Origin: Paragordius varius
Lineage: Eukaryota > Animalia > Nematomorpha
DNA: 64,000 nt
Assembly (NCBI GenBank): GCA_964247055.1
Contig: OZ176054.1
Coordinates: 12,648,001 to 12,712,000 of the forward strand
Reading direction: 5' to 3'
In this document: piece by piece, positions 1-12,538 of the stretch
Numbering within the stretch: the first letter of the stretch is position 1
Layout: every line of letters begins with the position of its first letter
Program-made: the position numbers and the translations under genes
The notes under the pieces: model-generated
What the model was told of the DNA's origin: nothing
What the model saw: only the letters and a program-made list of their open reading frames with translations
Databases searched by the model: none

Positions 1-299
1 ACTGGGTAACTCCGTTGGTGATAGTTAAGAAGAATAATAATGATTCGCAAATGTAGTGACTCGAAAAACCGTAAAACAATAATATATTGATATAAATTAC
101 AAACTAAACTATATAAAATTTGCGGTGTTTATATACATTTTGTGAATATAATATTTACATGTTAAACCAAGGTAAAATAACGTGTGCAGATACAATAGTT
201 TAATTTAAATACTAAAAGGTCATCAAAGATATATTCAAATCTAATATATAAATTTGTCTGGTCTAAGGTTAGCTAACTGATGTATTAAAATCTAGCACT

Positions 300-1130
300 G
301 CTTCATAACAAAAATGACAAAATTTGCCCATTTTGCTCAATAAAATATTTTTCGTGAAAGCAAAATGCCTTCTTGAAATTACTACTAAAACTACATATAA
401 AGGCAAAACAATATTTTTAAACTATTTTTAGATGTGTAACCATAAGTTCTAAATCGTTTTGCCCTTTTAAAGTGGGCTAAAATAAACGCAAAAATGTCGA
501 GATTGCGCTTAAAAATATTAAATTTTGACATCAAAAAATGATTTTTTCCATAAATTTTTTTATAAATTTTAATTCAGAGCAAAATTTTGTTGAGGCACGA
601 TGCAAACGGAAAAATGCTATAAGATGTTAACACTTTTTCTACATAATTCGATAATGCATTATTACCGAGATTTTTGATTTGAAGGTTCGTTTGCTTTTTT
701 GATAATTTGTTGTAAAAATATTTACATTTAACATAAGTTTACTACGAGCGAATTTTTAAATCAAAATTCTGAGGTGAATATTTGGCTTTTTATACAAAAA
801 GTTTTTAATAATTTTCTTAAAGCGTTAAACCGTTTCATGCCTCAAAATATAATAAAGTGCACTACAACAAAATTTTGTTAAATCATTAAGCAAAATATTA
901 ATTTTCGCAAAAAACTAGTCTCTGCATTCTTCTTTCCCAGTTTAGGGGAAAAAATCGGCATACATGTTTAGCTTTTATATGCAGTTTATGATACAATGAT
1001 ATTTTTGGAATGATTTAGCTTTTACCAAAGCGCAAATTTTGTCATTTTCTAATATGGAATAGTTACCACAAAAGTGTTAACCAAATACAAAATCGCCATG
1101 ATAATTCTGATACATTTCCCTATCAGAATA
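300..1130. repeat. Long imperfect palindromic (foldback-like) interspersed repeat, family D
   Basis: aaaatgacaaaatttgc (~308) is inverted at ~1032 (gcaaattttgtcatttt), and aaaattttgttgaggcacgatg (~582) is inverted at ~835-880. Homologous segments recur at 6040-7010, 8050-9600 and 14860-15170. Boundaries are approximate. Confidence 0.6.
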
Positions 1131-1259
1131 TATATATATATATATATATATATATTTCATCAAGATATTTGTGGATACTGTAGGAAAGCTTCTGAAAGGA
1201 TTTTTAGGACAGCTCAGAAGTTTTTAACATGCTTAGGGCTGCACCTCATGGTAAATTGG

Positions 1260-1494
1260 CATGGGTGTAGCTAGCTCCGTGATGGCGCCCCTTCCCCTCC
1301 ATGCGACCCGTTGCATTTTAAAAAAATATTTAAATTCAAACCGTGGTCTTGATCACTAATAAATGGGTGATTTTTTTATGTATTAATTAAAATAATAATT
1401 TTTAAATACCTATTTTTTTAAAACAAAACTAAAAATTGCTAAAATCCACCCCTTCAACTATGGCACCCGTTTCCCCCCTATTGCTAGGCCCATG
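1260..1494. mobile_element. hAT-like MITE, 235 bp
   Basis: TIRs CATGGGTGTAGCTA / TTGCTAGGCCCATG; flanking 8-mers taaattgg and taacttag match 6/8, consistent with a decayed 8-bp TSD. A related copy lies at 14591-14844 (shared gatggcgcccc...ccatgcg and aactatggc...cc cores). Confidence 0.6.
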
Positions 1495-1640
1495 TAACTT
1501 AGCCTTAAAACATATTGTGTTTGTGACTAAATCATTTTCAGTGTATTGCAGAAGAAAATATATAATCATATTTGCTAATGATAATGTTGAATATATCACA
1601 GCCTGTATTTAAATAAATATGTTGTGCCATATTTGTATAG

Positions 1641-3048
1641 ATATATATTGATGTTTGGGGTCCAAAGTATTACATTGAAAAGGTGTGTGGAACTCGTACC
1701 TTTACGTCAAATATCTTTTCCCACCAGATAAATAGGGAAGAAACTTGTGTGAACATTTCTACCTTGTATGACAACCTGATTGTCCCGAATCTGCGATATA
1801 TACGGGTTCATATTATATATATATAGAGTGAATTGAATAGCGGCAAAACGTATAATTGATTGTTTTACCAATGCTATGATTTTCAGTTTTAAGAATTAAC
1901 CAATGAACAATTCAAATACACTCTCGAACAATCTAATTTCACCATCGAACAATTCATATTCACCCTTATATGTTTTTAGGATTAAATATTATCTATATTT
2001 TTTTTATACTTCTAAAATAAGTATTTAAATAAATAATACTGAAAAATAAAACTATGCTATAAAGATATATTTAATGATTAGTTACAACCATAATTTATTT
2101 TTAGGGTGAATTTGAATTGTTCAAGGGTGAATATGAGTGGTTGTTTCAAATATTCTATATAATTATAATGTTCACTGTAATCTAAATTAAGTATTGTGTT
2201 TTTGGTTTAATACTTTTTATTCAAGAATTGTTGATTCAGCCTAAATTATCTAGTATTTATTTTTATAATTTGGCCAGACTTCTCCCATAAATTTGATTTC
2301 GCATGCCAGCATCGTGATTTTAAATGCGGCCTGTAAAAATGGAAAAATAAAAAATAAATTATATTTTGCAATAATATCATATCTATCAAATCTTAGTTTT
2401 TTGTAAATACTAAAAATATCCTTTTATTTTTTATCATTGAAATATTTTTGTTATGTGTCCTAGGCTTCTCCTAAAAATAACATCTTTTTCAAAAAATTAG
2501 CACTGTTTTTGGTAACGGTATAGTAAGCAATATTTAGTAAAATATATATTAGTTGATTTGTAGTCTTATTTTTTGCAGTCCTATGTCTTAAAGTTAAATA
2601 ATATTGATTTATGTTTTATATTTTTTACATTTATTTAACAATGCGACGCGCTAGATATTTTGAGTTGAAAATGAGGCTCCGAAGCTTTCCCAGTTTAAGA
2701 GTTTAAAATTTAACTAAAAATCTCACAAACAGCTGCTTTTGAATTTAATAAACATTGAATTTTGATAGCAAACATACATTTTGTACATGTGCCTTATGCC
2801 ATCAAATTTGCGAAAAAAATGTTTAATTTTTAAACATAATATACCACGAAAACAATCGATAAAAATATTAAAGTATTACATCTAATTATTACTAGTCGAA
2901 TTATTACATATCAAACGTTTTGTGTGATAAAATATGGAAAAATATAATTGGCCACCTGCTATCTAAAATACTGGGCAGTCAGTTAAATAATAAGATTCTA
3001 AAGTAATCTAAGGATTATATTTGGGTAGGTCATTAGGTTATTGAGATT

Positions 3049-3101
<53 letters not shown>

Positions 3102-3656
3102 TAATATGTAATGCAATCAGGCTTCATATACATTATTAATTTTTATTAAATAATTACTGAAACGTTAGCTCAGAATTATACAAGACTGGCATCGACCGCT
3201 CACTATTTACGAATTGTTTTACAATGCTAAAACAGAATCAGAAGTTTTATTTCAAACTGCAATTGTCCCAAGTTCCATTCATTTTCTGACAAATTTGGTG
3301 ATGAAAATGAATACAACTCATAAATCGGAGCACGGAACAAGCCTTAAAGTTGTGGTATCCAACTGCCAGAAAAATTTAAGTTATCTATTTATTTTTATAA
3401 AAATATAAAATAATATTCAAAAACTAAGAAACGTTTATGCTTATTTTGATTGTTGCATATAAATTAAATGTAGATTTGTCCAAAAATGCTGTGCATGGAA
3501 GAGGTACAATATAAATTGTTTAATCCAATTTTTCTAGAAACATTTATAAATACTAAAAGAATGTGTGAAATTATTTACGAACCTGATACCTACAATTTCA
3601 TTCATCCATCTGTTGAAGGATATATTTACCCAATAAAGTTAATAAGTTTACTGTAA
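1641..3656 (+). CDS. Putative 3' exons of an unidentified upstream gene (exons 1641-1805, 3169-3354 or 3348, 3474-3656)
   Basis: Three relatively GC-rich islands, each preceded by TAG and open in phase 0: IYIDVWGPKYYIEKVCGTRTF...VPNLRYIR, LRIIQDWHRPLTIYELFY...SLKVV, and ICPKMLCMEEVQYKLF...IYPIKLISLL*. No family recognised; the second donor is uncertain. Confidence 0.4.
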
Positions 3657-3753
3657 AAATTTGAATTTTGCTAACAAAAACCAAAAATTAACTGAATAAA
3701 AGAATAGTTACCCTTATTGTTGTATATAACCTAATACAATTATAATATGTATA

Positions 3754-4877
3754 CCAAGTGTGGTCATATCAGTTTTACTGATTTTTTGGATATGATTTTG
3801 AAAAAAATCTTTATCTATTTTATCATAATATTGAACATCGGCTTCTACAAATTTCGCCCACCTCTCAAGCATATGAATTTAGTGCCTGAAAATCTGATTG
3901 CCTTTTGCCGCCATTCATCAAGCCATTTTCCAACATCTTCTAAATTATTGAAGTAATGGTCAGCGAGGTCACATAGATTTAAAGTTGTATTCATCATATG
4001 GCGCGGGTTAGGAGTGTTCAGCGGATGAGAAAAAAACCATACAGGTAATTTCAAGGTTCGCCGATTTTGCTGTAAGAGTTAGAGTATCATCATATATCAA
4101 AATCACTTTACAATGTACTGTCCTTTTCAGTCATTTTTCGATGTATTCGCAATAGCGCTGTGCATTAGAGTTTTACTTAGCTTCGAAAGTTTTTAATGAA
4201 CAATACCGCTATGGTCTCGATAGATACAAAGCTTGGTCTTTTGCCAAAATATTCGGTCTTTGTGTTGATAAACGTTTGACGCAGCCAAATTTTTTTACTT
4301 TGGATTTACAAAATAAAGCCATTTGTGATCACCCGTCTTATTCCGATGCAAAAATGATTTCTTTTGACATCAGAAATTCACAAATCATTTTGTGATTTTC
4401 GATTTACTTTCATTCAAATTATGCCCATTCACCGAATCTTTGGTTTTTACATTGCTCGCAAACATCTATAGATTTTTAGTTATTGAAACATATAATGCCT
4501 CTGTCAATTGTTGTTAAGTTTGAGTTGAATCATCTACAACTCTAGCCCTTTAGCGTCTTCACAGTTGTCTACCAAAGCGTTCTTATTCATTCACATAAAA
4601 TTCGAAACCATGATAAATCGATAGAGCATGTTACCATATGTTTCTGCTAGTAAACCATATTCGGTTTTTTTATTCTGATGCCAATGCCTTACGCAAATGT
4701 TCTTATTATAAGACACTTAATTCGACAAGATGATTGAATGATAAAAATAGGGCGCTAGTTTTTACGAACTTTTGTGTGTGTTTGTCGTTTAATGTTAGAT
4801 CGAAAATGGGATTTGATTGTTAGCGTTTTTTTCGCTTAAGCCTTTCCTTAGTTTAACCGGCAACATATGTATTCTGG
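3754..4877 (-). mobile_element. Decayed near-full-length mariner (Mos1-like) transposon
   Basis: The minus strand encodes frameshifted mariner transposase segments EHLRKAL, LLAETYG, SFLHRxxTGDHKWLYFVNPK, HPLNTP (HPPYSP-like), LADHYFNNLEDVGKWLDEW and ERWAKFVEAD. Both ends start CCA(A/G) and are flanked by TA. Length is 1124 bp. Confidence 0.9.
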
Positions 4878-4882
4878 TATAT

Positions 4883-4885
<3 letters not shown>

Positions 4886-4941
<56 letters not shown>
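4886..4941. repeat. (TA)n microsatellite
   Basis: One of many (TA)n tracts; others are at ~1127, 3053, 18434, 20391, 22066, 32166, 35339, 37139, 49623, 49823 and 52083. Confidence 0.95.
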
Positions 4942-4943
<2 letters not shown>

Positions 4944-5241
4944 ATTCAGTCAAAAGCAACATTTTTTCGACAAATACAATTTTTTCGAGCGAACACTTCA
5001 TCCTCCAAAACGCAAAATTTTTTCAAGCAAAGACATCATTTTTTCAAACAAATTTTTGCAAGCGGGCGCAACTTTCTTCTGCCAAACGCACCATTTTTTC
5101 ATCCAAGGGCCACATTTTTTCGGTTTTTGGATAAAAAACCGGTTTGAGTTCGTTTGGGTAAAAAAGTGTAGCGTTTGGATGAAAAAAACGTTGCTTTTTG
5201 AAAAATGCTGCGTTTGAATAAAAAAATTTGATCAATAATGG
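4942..5241. mobile_element. Foldback element with TATA|CCATT...AATGG|TATA termini and ~21-bp degenerate subrepeats (variant A2)
   Basis: The left arm repeats a unit like caaacgcaccattttttcatc and the right arm carries its inverse (gatgaaaaaa...gcgtttg). Termini match family A, and the element adjoins a (TA)n tract. Confidence 0.65.
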
Positions 5242-6039
5242 TATATAATTGGGTGTTATTTTAAATTTTGCACCCCAAAAATATAGATTTAGTTTATATA
5301 ATCAAACATTAAATAATATGATTGTCATTTATAAAAATTATTTTTTAACATTGATTTAAATTCCATATATATTCCATCAAATTGGATATTATTTAAACAT
5401 TATTGAATAGAAATATTTATGTCGAACGCAACATTAATCCAATCAATTTGGTGTGGATTACGCATGTTAAAAAATATTTTAATTTTACTACAATTCAAAA
5501 GACGGGCAATTCTTCGGAAATATCTTTTATTAATTTGGTTTCGCTAAACAATTTCTTTGGATTATCCTCAATGCAAGTTTATTTGATTAAAAATGTAAAT
5601 ATTTCGTATTTAAGATTTTTTTAAAAAAATAGTATTAATTTAAAAATTTTCAGATATTGAGAGTGAGTTAAACTTAGATTAGATATAAAAAATAAATAGT
5701 AAGGATATAGAAAATAATTCTTATAATAAAACACCATCTATTATCAAAAATAATTTCCCAACATAATTGTTGAATTCAAAACGTAAATTATGTCATTAAA
5801 TTTGAAAAATAAAAGAAGAGGTAAAAATTAATTTAATTCTAATGTCAAAAATTAAGACCAATTTTGGGTTTTTTAAGCCGTTTCAAATAGTTAAATGAAA
5901 AATTACATGACTAAAATTGTTATAGCTGAAAATTAAAAATAGAATATATTTCAAAAACTAGGAGGAAAATAATGAGATAGGAAGTATCAGGATTAGTATG
6001 GTGTTAGGCTCATCCGAGTGGTTTAAGATTACTCACACA

Positions 6040-7010
6040 TTTGTGGTAAATGCTTCAGAGATAAAATGGTAGAATTTGCGCACATTTTGTTAAATTATTT
6101 TTTTGGTAAAAGCGAAGTGCTTCATTCGATAAAATATTACTAAAATATATCTTAAACTATTATATTATTTTATATTTTAGATTAGGGTTCCGAAATTGCC
6201 AATTGTTTTCCCACTTTTAAAATGGGCTAGTTTTCTTAAAATAAACGTAAAAATGCCGAGATTTCACGATAAAAATTTTAAATATATGCTAGAATTGACA
6301 TCAAAAAAGTTTTTGCCAAAAAATGGATATTTTGCATAAATATAATTGGCAAAACTTTGTTGAAGCATGAAAACCCCTAAAAATATTAAAAAACTTTTTC
6401 TATATGTTTCGATGATCCCGAACATTTCTAACGCTATAATTTTAAATTTAAGGTTCTAAATTTGGGTGATTTTTGTAAAAAAATATATTTACATAAATTT
6501 TAATATGAGGTTAAAAAAATTATCAGCTTCATTGATTTATATACACTACGACCGAAATTGGGGGTATAAAAAAATAACCTGATAAGTATATATATTTTGA
6601 TAGGAAAAAGTATCAAACTATTATTTTGCTTTTGGTTTTGGCCTATGCGAATGATATAAAAGTTATTTACAGTTTTATGGTGAGTGATTTGTATGAATGG
6701 TAAAATTTGAGATAAATTAATAAAAAATTTGATGAAAGCTAAATGCTTCATTCCAAAAAATATCATTAAAATATATCATAAACTAACTTAAAAAATAAAA
6801 ACACTATTTTTAAAATATTTTAATTTTCAGATGTGGGCTTCAAAGATCCCAAATTTTTTCGCTCTTCTAAAGTAGGCTAGTAATCTAAAATAAACGAAAA
6901 ATTGCCGAGATTGCGATTTAAGTTTTAGAGTATATGCTATTTTTGACATAAAAAAATATTTTTTTAAAAAATGCATATTTTTACAAAAATATAATTATTA
7001 TTTAAGCGTT
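6040..7010. repeat. Two adjacent partial copies of family D
   Basis: Shares aaataaacg(c/t)aaaaatg(t/c)cgagatt and ttgacatcaaaaaa with 480-540. A second left arm restarts at ~6740. Confidence 0.55.
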
Positions 7011-8669
7011 CATACTATTAAACTAGACAACAAATTTTAACTTTTTTTAACTGCTATTCTTGTAAATTTAAAATTTATTTTATTAAAGTACATAATTAGT
7101 ATATCTGAAAAGAAAATTGGCCCTGCATGCAAGATTTTTTTTATATTAGAGATTATCGATAATTTTTGACCCCGATTTAACATTAAACTCGAAAGCGAAA
7201 ATTAAAAGTTTTAGATATGAAGCCATGTATTTTATATCATTCGAAAGAGTGCAAAAAACTGCATCTTTTAAATGATAGTAAGTCATTTAAATCATTCGGA
7301 TGTAAAAGTTATTTGGATTTAAATGGTCGAAATTCTCAATTCTTAAATAAGTCTAGAATTTTCACAGACAAAGTAATTTGAAAATCATATAAATTATTTT
7401 AATATAATTATTAGGGTTATATTAGTATTTAATTTAAAAAAAAATGTTTGAAAAAGCTTTTGGTTTGCTTTTTTAAAGATTATTATATAATTAATTAACC
7501 TAGTGGATACTAAAATGCATAGTTATAACTGTAAATTTACTACATAATGGCTATAAAAGATCAAAAAGACCTTAAACTTTGTTTTTATATTTAAAATTTG
7601 GAAATTATCAGCCTCGTAAAGAAAATAAATTAATATTGATGAGATGGTAATTTTTAAAAAACAAAAAACTTAAAAATGGCTGTTTTGAGTGACATAAAAG
7701 CAATAAAAAATGTTTTAATCAAAAAATCTTTCTTGTTTTATCTTTTTTGGACATTCGTCACCATCTAAACAAAGTTTGAGCTATTTTTATCCATTAGTTT
7801 TAAAAATATAATAATTAAAAAAAACGCTCTCGCTTCGCGCGTTTGTCGCTCTGTGTGTCCAACATTAACTGTCGATGTAATACATAATAGTATGCTTTTT
7901 ATAGAGTTTTTATTACTCTTTCGAATGATATATTACAAATGGGCATTACTTGTTTATTTTCAAAGAAAAACATTTTTTAGTAAAATTTTGATAAAGAGGG
8001 CGCATAATCAAAAAAATCAAATTATACAAAATTCTTTCAACGAGTTATAATTTTTACTTCAGATTTACTGTTAAAATGATACTAATTATCAGAAAATGCA
8101 AAAAACTCGAGTGGCAGAAAAATTTGTTGTCCAGTGTTATTAGGCAAGAGGAAACGGTATGTAAACGCTTTTGGATATTATAAAAACACTTTTCTATATC
8201 ATATAATGATGCTGAACATTTCTATCGATTCAAAATTTTTAATTTAAAGGTTCATTTACTTTAATTTTTATGAAAAAACACAATTATATTTTACACGAAT
8301 TTGAAGATGAACGATTATTTTAAAATTCTGAGGAAAAAATGATCAGCATCATCAAATTATTTGAAAAAGGTCTTTTTATAAAATCTCAAAGCATAATATC
8401 GTTTCCATCATGCCTATAAATAGAATAAGGTGTGCTTCAACAAAATTTTGCTAAAAATAAGATTTTTGTAAAAAGTATGCATTTTTTAAAAAAATATTTT
8501 TTTATGTCAAAATTTAGCATATATTTAATAATTTTATTGCACATTCCGGGCATTTTTGCAGTTATTTTAAAAAACTAGATCATGTCAGATGTCCCAAAAA
8601 ATTTGGGACTTTCGGAAGCCACATCTAAAAATTAAAATATTTTAATATTGTTTTATTTTTATAGGTACT

Positions 8670-8801
8670 TTATAATATATTTTAGTGATATTTTGGGATT
8701 AGCCATTTTCTTTTCACTAAATAAATTTTATTCCATTATAATATATTTTAGTGATATTTTGGGATTAGCCATTTTCTTTTCACTAAATAAATTTTATTCC
8801 A
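8670..8801. repeat. Perfect 66-bp tandem duplication inside a family D copy
   Basis: ttataatatattttagtgatattttgggattagccattttcttttcactaaataaattttattcca occurs at 8670-8735 and again at 8736-8801. Confidence 0.95.
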
Positions 8802-10587
8802 ATAAAATGTACTCAAATCTTGCTATTTCTTATATGGAGCACTTACCACAAAAGTGTAAAATTCCTCATATTACCCCTAAGGACAAAAACCAAAAGCAAC
8901 ATGATAATCCTGATACATTTTCCTATCAGATTATATGTATATTATTCAACAGCTTTTTCAAAGTGTATATATAAAGCGTTTACTGTTTCCATTATGCCTC
9001 ATAATAGTAAGAAGTAGGCCTCAACAAAATTTAGCTATAAATTAAATTTTTAAGCCAAATATCCATTTTTTTAGAATCCTTTTTTAACGTCAAAATTTAG
9101 CATATAATTAAAATTTTTATTTCCCAATCTCGGCATATTTGCATTTTTTAAGAGAAAAACTCCATTAATGCGAAACTTGAGTGTTCTGAAACGATATCTA
9201 CTATAATTTAAACTTTTGAAAAATATTATTTTATATGTGGTTTATGATATATTTGTGTGCTAGCAAAATTGAGTGATACGCATTGTATATTATGAAATTT
9301 ATTATATATTAAGCTAAAATGCGTATATAATAAAAGTATAATTTTTTATATATCCTCATTTTAGTTTAATATAAATAAATGTTATATTTTAGTGATATTT
9401 GGAATGAAGTATTTATCTTTGAAAAAAAAATTAGTTAACAAAAAGTGCGCAAATTTTGCCTTGTAATATGGAAATTACGACAAAAGTGTAATCACTTTGT
9501 TATATATCTCTCTTAAAGGCCCGAACCAAAAATGATAATCCTCATACATTTTCCTAGCAGAATATATTGTGGACACTCTATAAGATATGTATAAATCATT
9601 TTTAGTTCACTTTGAATATTTCAAATGCTACAATGTGTTATCTGTCAATGATGCAGTTGGTGGAACAATCAATCAATGTATATATGATTCGCCCTTTGCA
9701 AGTATATTATTTAAATTAAATCTATAATTAAATATTTCTTGGCTTAGGGACAATAATCTAGTGTTGAATTAACCTGACTACAAATATTAACCGGTTTGAT
9801 CGCGTATAAGTGCAATTTCACGATCATGAGTAGTTACTTTTATGCTCACGAATTTAAAATATTTGTTGTGACTTAACTAAAAAAATTAGTTAACCGTTAA
9901 AATTGGTATTTATAGTGTCATATACTAGTTACAAATAATGAAATTGGATATAATATTTTTACCATTTTAAGGTTGATATAGATTGTTCGTGAATATTAAA
10001 ATCACGATATCAGCATAAGTTTCAGCATTTTTAAGATTGATTTTTTTTGAGCGCTTACAGTTACGGTATGGGTGATTTATTTTATTGTACGTCAAACACA
10101 ACCTATTCATATCTATGTATTTTAGGTTTTTAAGATACACATCAACACAACTCATATTGTAAGTCATATTAGTGACACAGATGCGTCTTTAAACAAAATT
10201 TGGACCTATAATTTACTATTTAAACTCAAGTGTGTTGGTAATGAAGTAAACATTCGCAGTAACACAGATTTCGTCGATACTTGGATTCAAAAGAGAGTTG
10301 AATTTTGTGGATAATCTATTGCATTGTTTTATATAATATATTAACAAAAATATATCTAATTAATGTCTTAAAATATTACAATATGCATTTCAACGCTGAC
10401 TTATTCCCATTATATTTGGTCAATCATCAAATCAAATGTTGAATAAATCAAAGAAATGAAAATAGCAAAAATTGTTTTAATTTTGTTGTTTTTTTCCATA
10501 CACTACTTGTGTTGCCTTGACCAACTATAATGTAAATGACATAGCATTTATATTAAAACTTGATTACCCTAGTTTTTTTATACTTTT

Positions 10588-10677
10588 TAGGGCTTCGAAC
10601 CGGTAAAAACTGAAACCGAGTTTCTTGACGGTTAAAACTGGAACCGGTTTACTTAGCTATTCCGGTCCGAAGCCCAG
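10588..10677. mobile_element. 90-bp hAT-like hairpin MITE
   Basis: TAGGGCTTCGAACCGG / CCGGTCCGAAGCCCAG inverted termini with internal aaccgg repeats; flanks atactttt and atatattt match 6/8. Confidence 0.55.
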
Positions 10678-12108
10678 ATATATTTTACGGGAAAACTTTA
10701 AGCAAAAAAATTTGACATTTTACACTCCATTTTACGGTTTTTGTGGTTAATTCGATCAAATTTTAACTCCTTAAAAAAGTGAAACGAAAATTAATTATAC
10801 CAAAATACAATCAATTGCAAATCGGTAATTATATCCCATAAAACCCAAAACCACGGTTTCAACTAATTTCATTTTTTAAAATTGTAACAAAACAATTTTT
10901 TATAATTTTTACTTTAGGTCTTCCATTTTTTTAATTTAGAAGGGAAACAACATTTTTATTGTTGTGACAATTTTTTATATCTATAAAAACTAATATTATG
11001 TCTCTTAATAAAATAATTGAATAATTATTCCTATCAAGAATAACAAAATTTAACACTGAATAAAAATTATTTTGAGGAAAATTCTTGGAACTGGAATCAA
11101 AACTAAATTAATAATATAGTTTTTTGAAATTACGAATGTCAACCTTACCTACAAATAGTTTTTGTTTTAACATATAAAGTAAATTTGTATTGTAAAACAA
11201 TGAAAATATTTCTATTATTTAATTGGTAATTAAACTGCACATTACGTTAAAATGCATAGGCTTTTTCTTTAATAAAGCAATATTCACCAAAAAAACCATG
11301 AAGAAAACTCAGTAATTTACGGCAAATTTAAACCAAAGGGATCACAGCATTAAAAAAGTTTCCCTGATTTATCTAATTAATTTAAAACTTTTTTATATGT
11401 ATTTATGAGGCCAATGATAAATTACGATAGCAAAAATAAAGCTTTGTATTTTCATAATTTTTTGCGAAAGCGCCATGTTATTCTGTCACGCCGATAGATG
11501 ATGGGAGTTGTTTAAAAATTAAACTCTAAAATATTTTTTTTTAAAACAAGTCTAAAAAATGTGACAAAAATATAATTATTAGGTAAAATGTTATTGTTAT
11601 AATAATAATTAAATTTGTATTTTCGTTTAAGCTAACAACATTTCGGTAATTTATTACACACTACAAGCTAAAAATTAGTTTTCATTGTCCTACTTTTATT
11701 AAATAATTAATTATAAAACCTAGTTTTTTTGAAATTTCTTTTAATATTTATTAATTTTACTTTTTATTCTGTGAATGTTTATTTTATGTTTCTGCCTCTC
11801 TATTCGGCATAATAAATTGGCTTTGATGTAAAATCGCTAATTGATGTATAATAAAGGTGGTATTTTACGATAATAGATGTTAGTACCAAATCATAGAAAT
11901 ATTTGAATAAAAATATAATGCATATTAGGCCAATCATTAAAAAATAGTATTAGGTGAAATTGACCCAGCTATCCAATAAAAATAATAAAAGATAGATGAT
12001 ATTGCATATGAGTATTTTTAATGCAACTATTGCATCGCAATAGATTTAACATCCATATTGCGCTATGGGACAAAGGGAAAAAATAAACAAAATAATTTAA
12101 GATTTTGA

Positions 12109-12538
12109 GGACAGTTTATGCTGCAGAAAGTTGGACACTAAAACTTAATGTAAAAAAGGATTGCAGCATTTGAAATGTGGTGCTGGAGGAGAATGTTGAA
12201 TATAGGTCTGAAAAGGTTGAAAATGATACAAAAAGTGAAAAATTAAATATTGAGAGCCACTTAATGAGAGCTATAATAAAAAAAAGCTTTACATACATTG
12301 GACACATTTTAGAAGTACATGCCTTGAGGAGGATTTGATTTACGGGAAAGTTGAGGGAAAAAGAAAAAAATGAAGACCTATGTTAAGATGGCTGGACACT
12401 ATAAAGAACTCCGGTAGATGTATAATTGAGTTAAAGGAAATAGCTTGGGAAAGAGACAAGTGGAGAGAACTAGTCATTTTAATTTCCAAGGGTTCGAACT
12501 CGACCTAAAGAATTACCTACCTACCTACCCACCTATCT
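12109..12538 (+). pseudogene. 5'-truncated decayed RTE retrotransposon 3' end
   Basis: Frameshifted peptides YAAESWTL, RIAAFEMWCWRRML, GKVEGK and RPMLRWLDTIK match the C-terminus of the RTE ORF at 48060-48400. Ends in a (TACC)n-like tail. Confidence 0.85.

Noticed and set aside
1641-1670. IDVWGP resembling the copia integrase HSDVWGP motif
   Set aside because: The following residues do not match integrase, no LTR or other pol motifs are nearby, and splice-like borders fit a host exon better.
4795-5134. ORFs containing YIYIYI runs (also 1074, 37027, 49685, 51965)
   Set aside because: These are translations of (TA)n microsatellites and adjacent repeats, not proteins.
6007-6027. ggctcatccgagtggtttaag resembling a tRNA A-box
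   Set aside because: No B-box or cloverleaf follows.
8648-8974. 108-aa ORF with a 22-aa repeat
   Set aside because: Explained by the 66-bp tandem duplication inside a repeat element.
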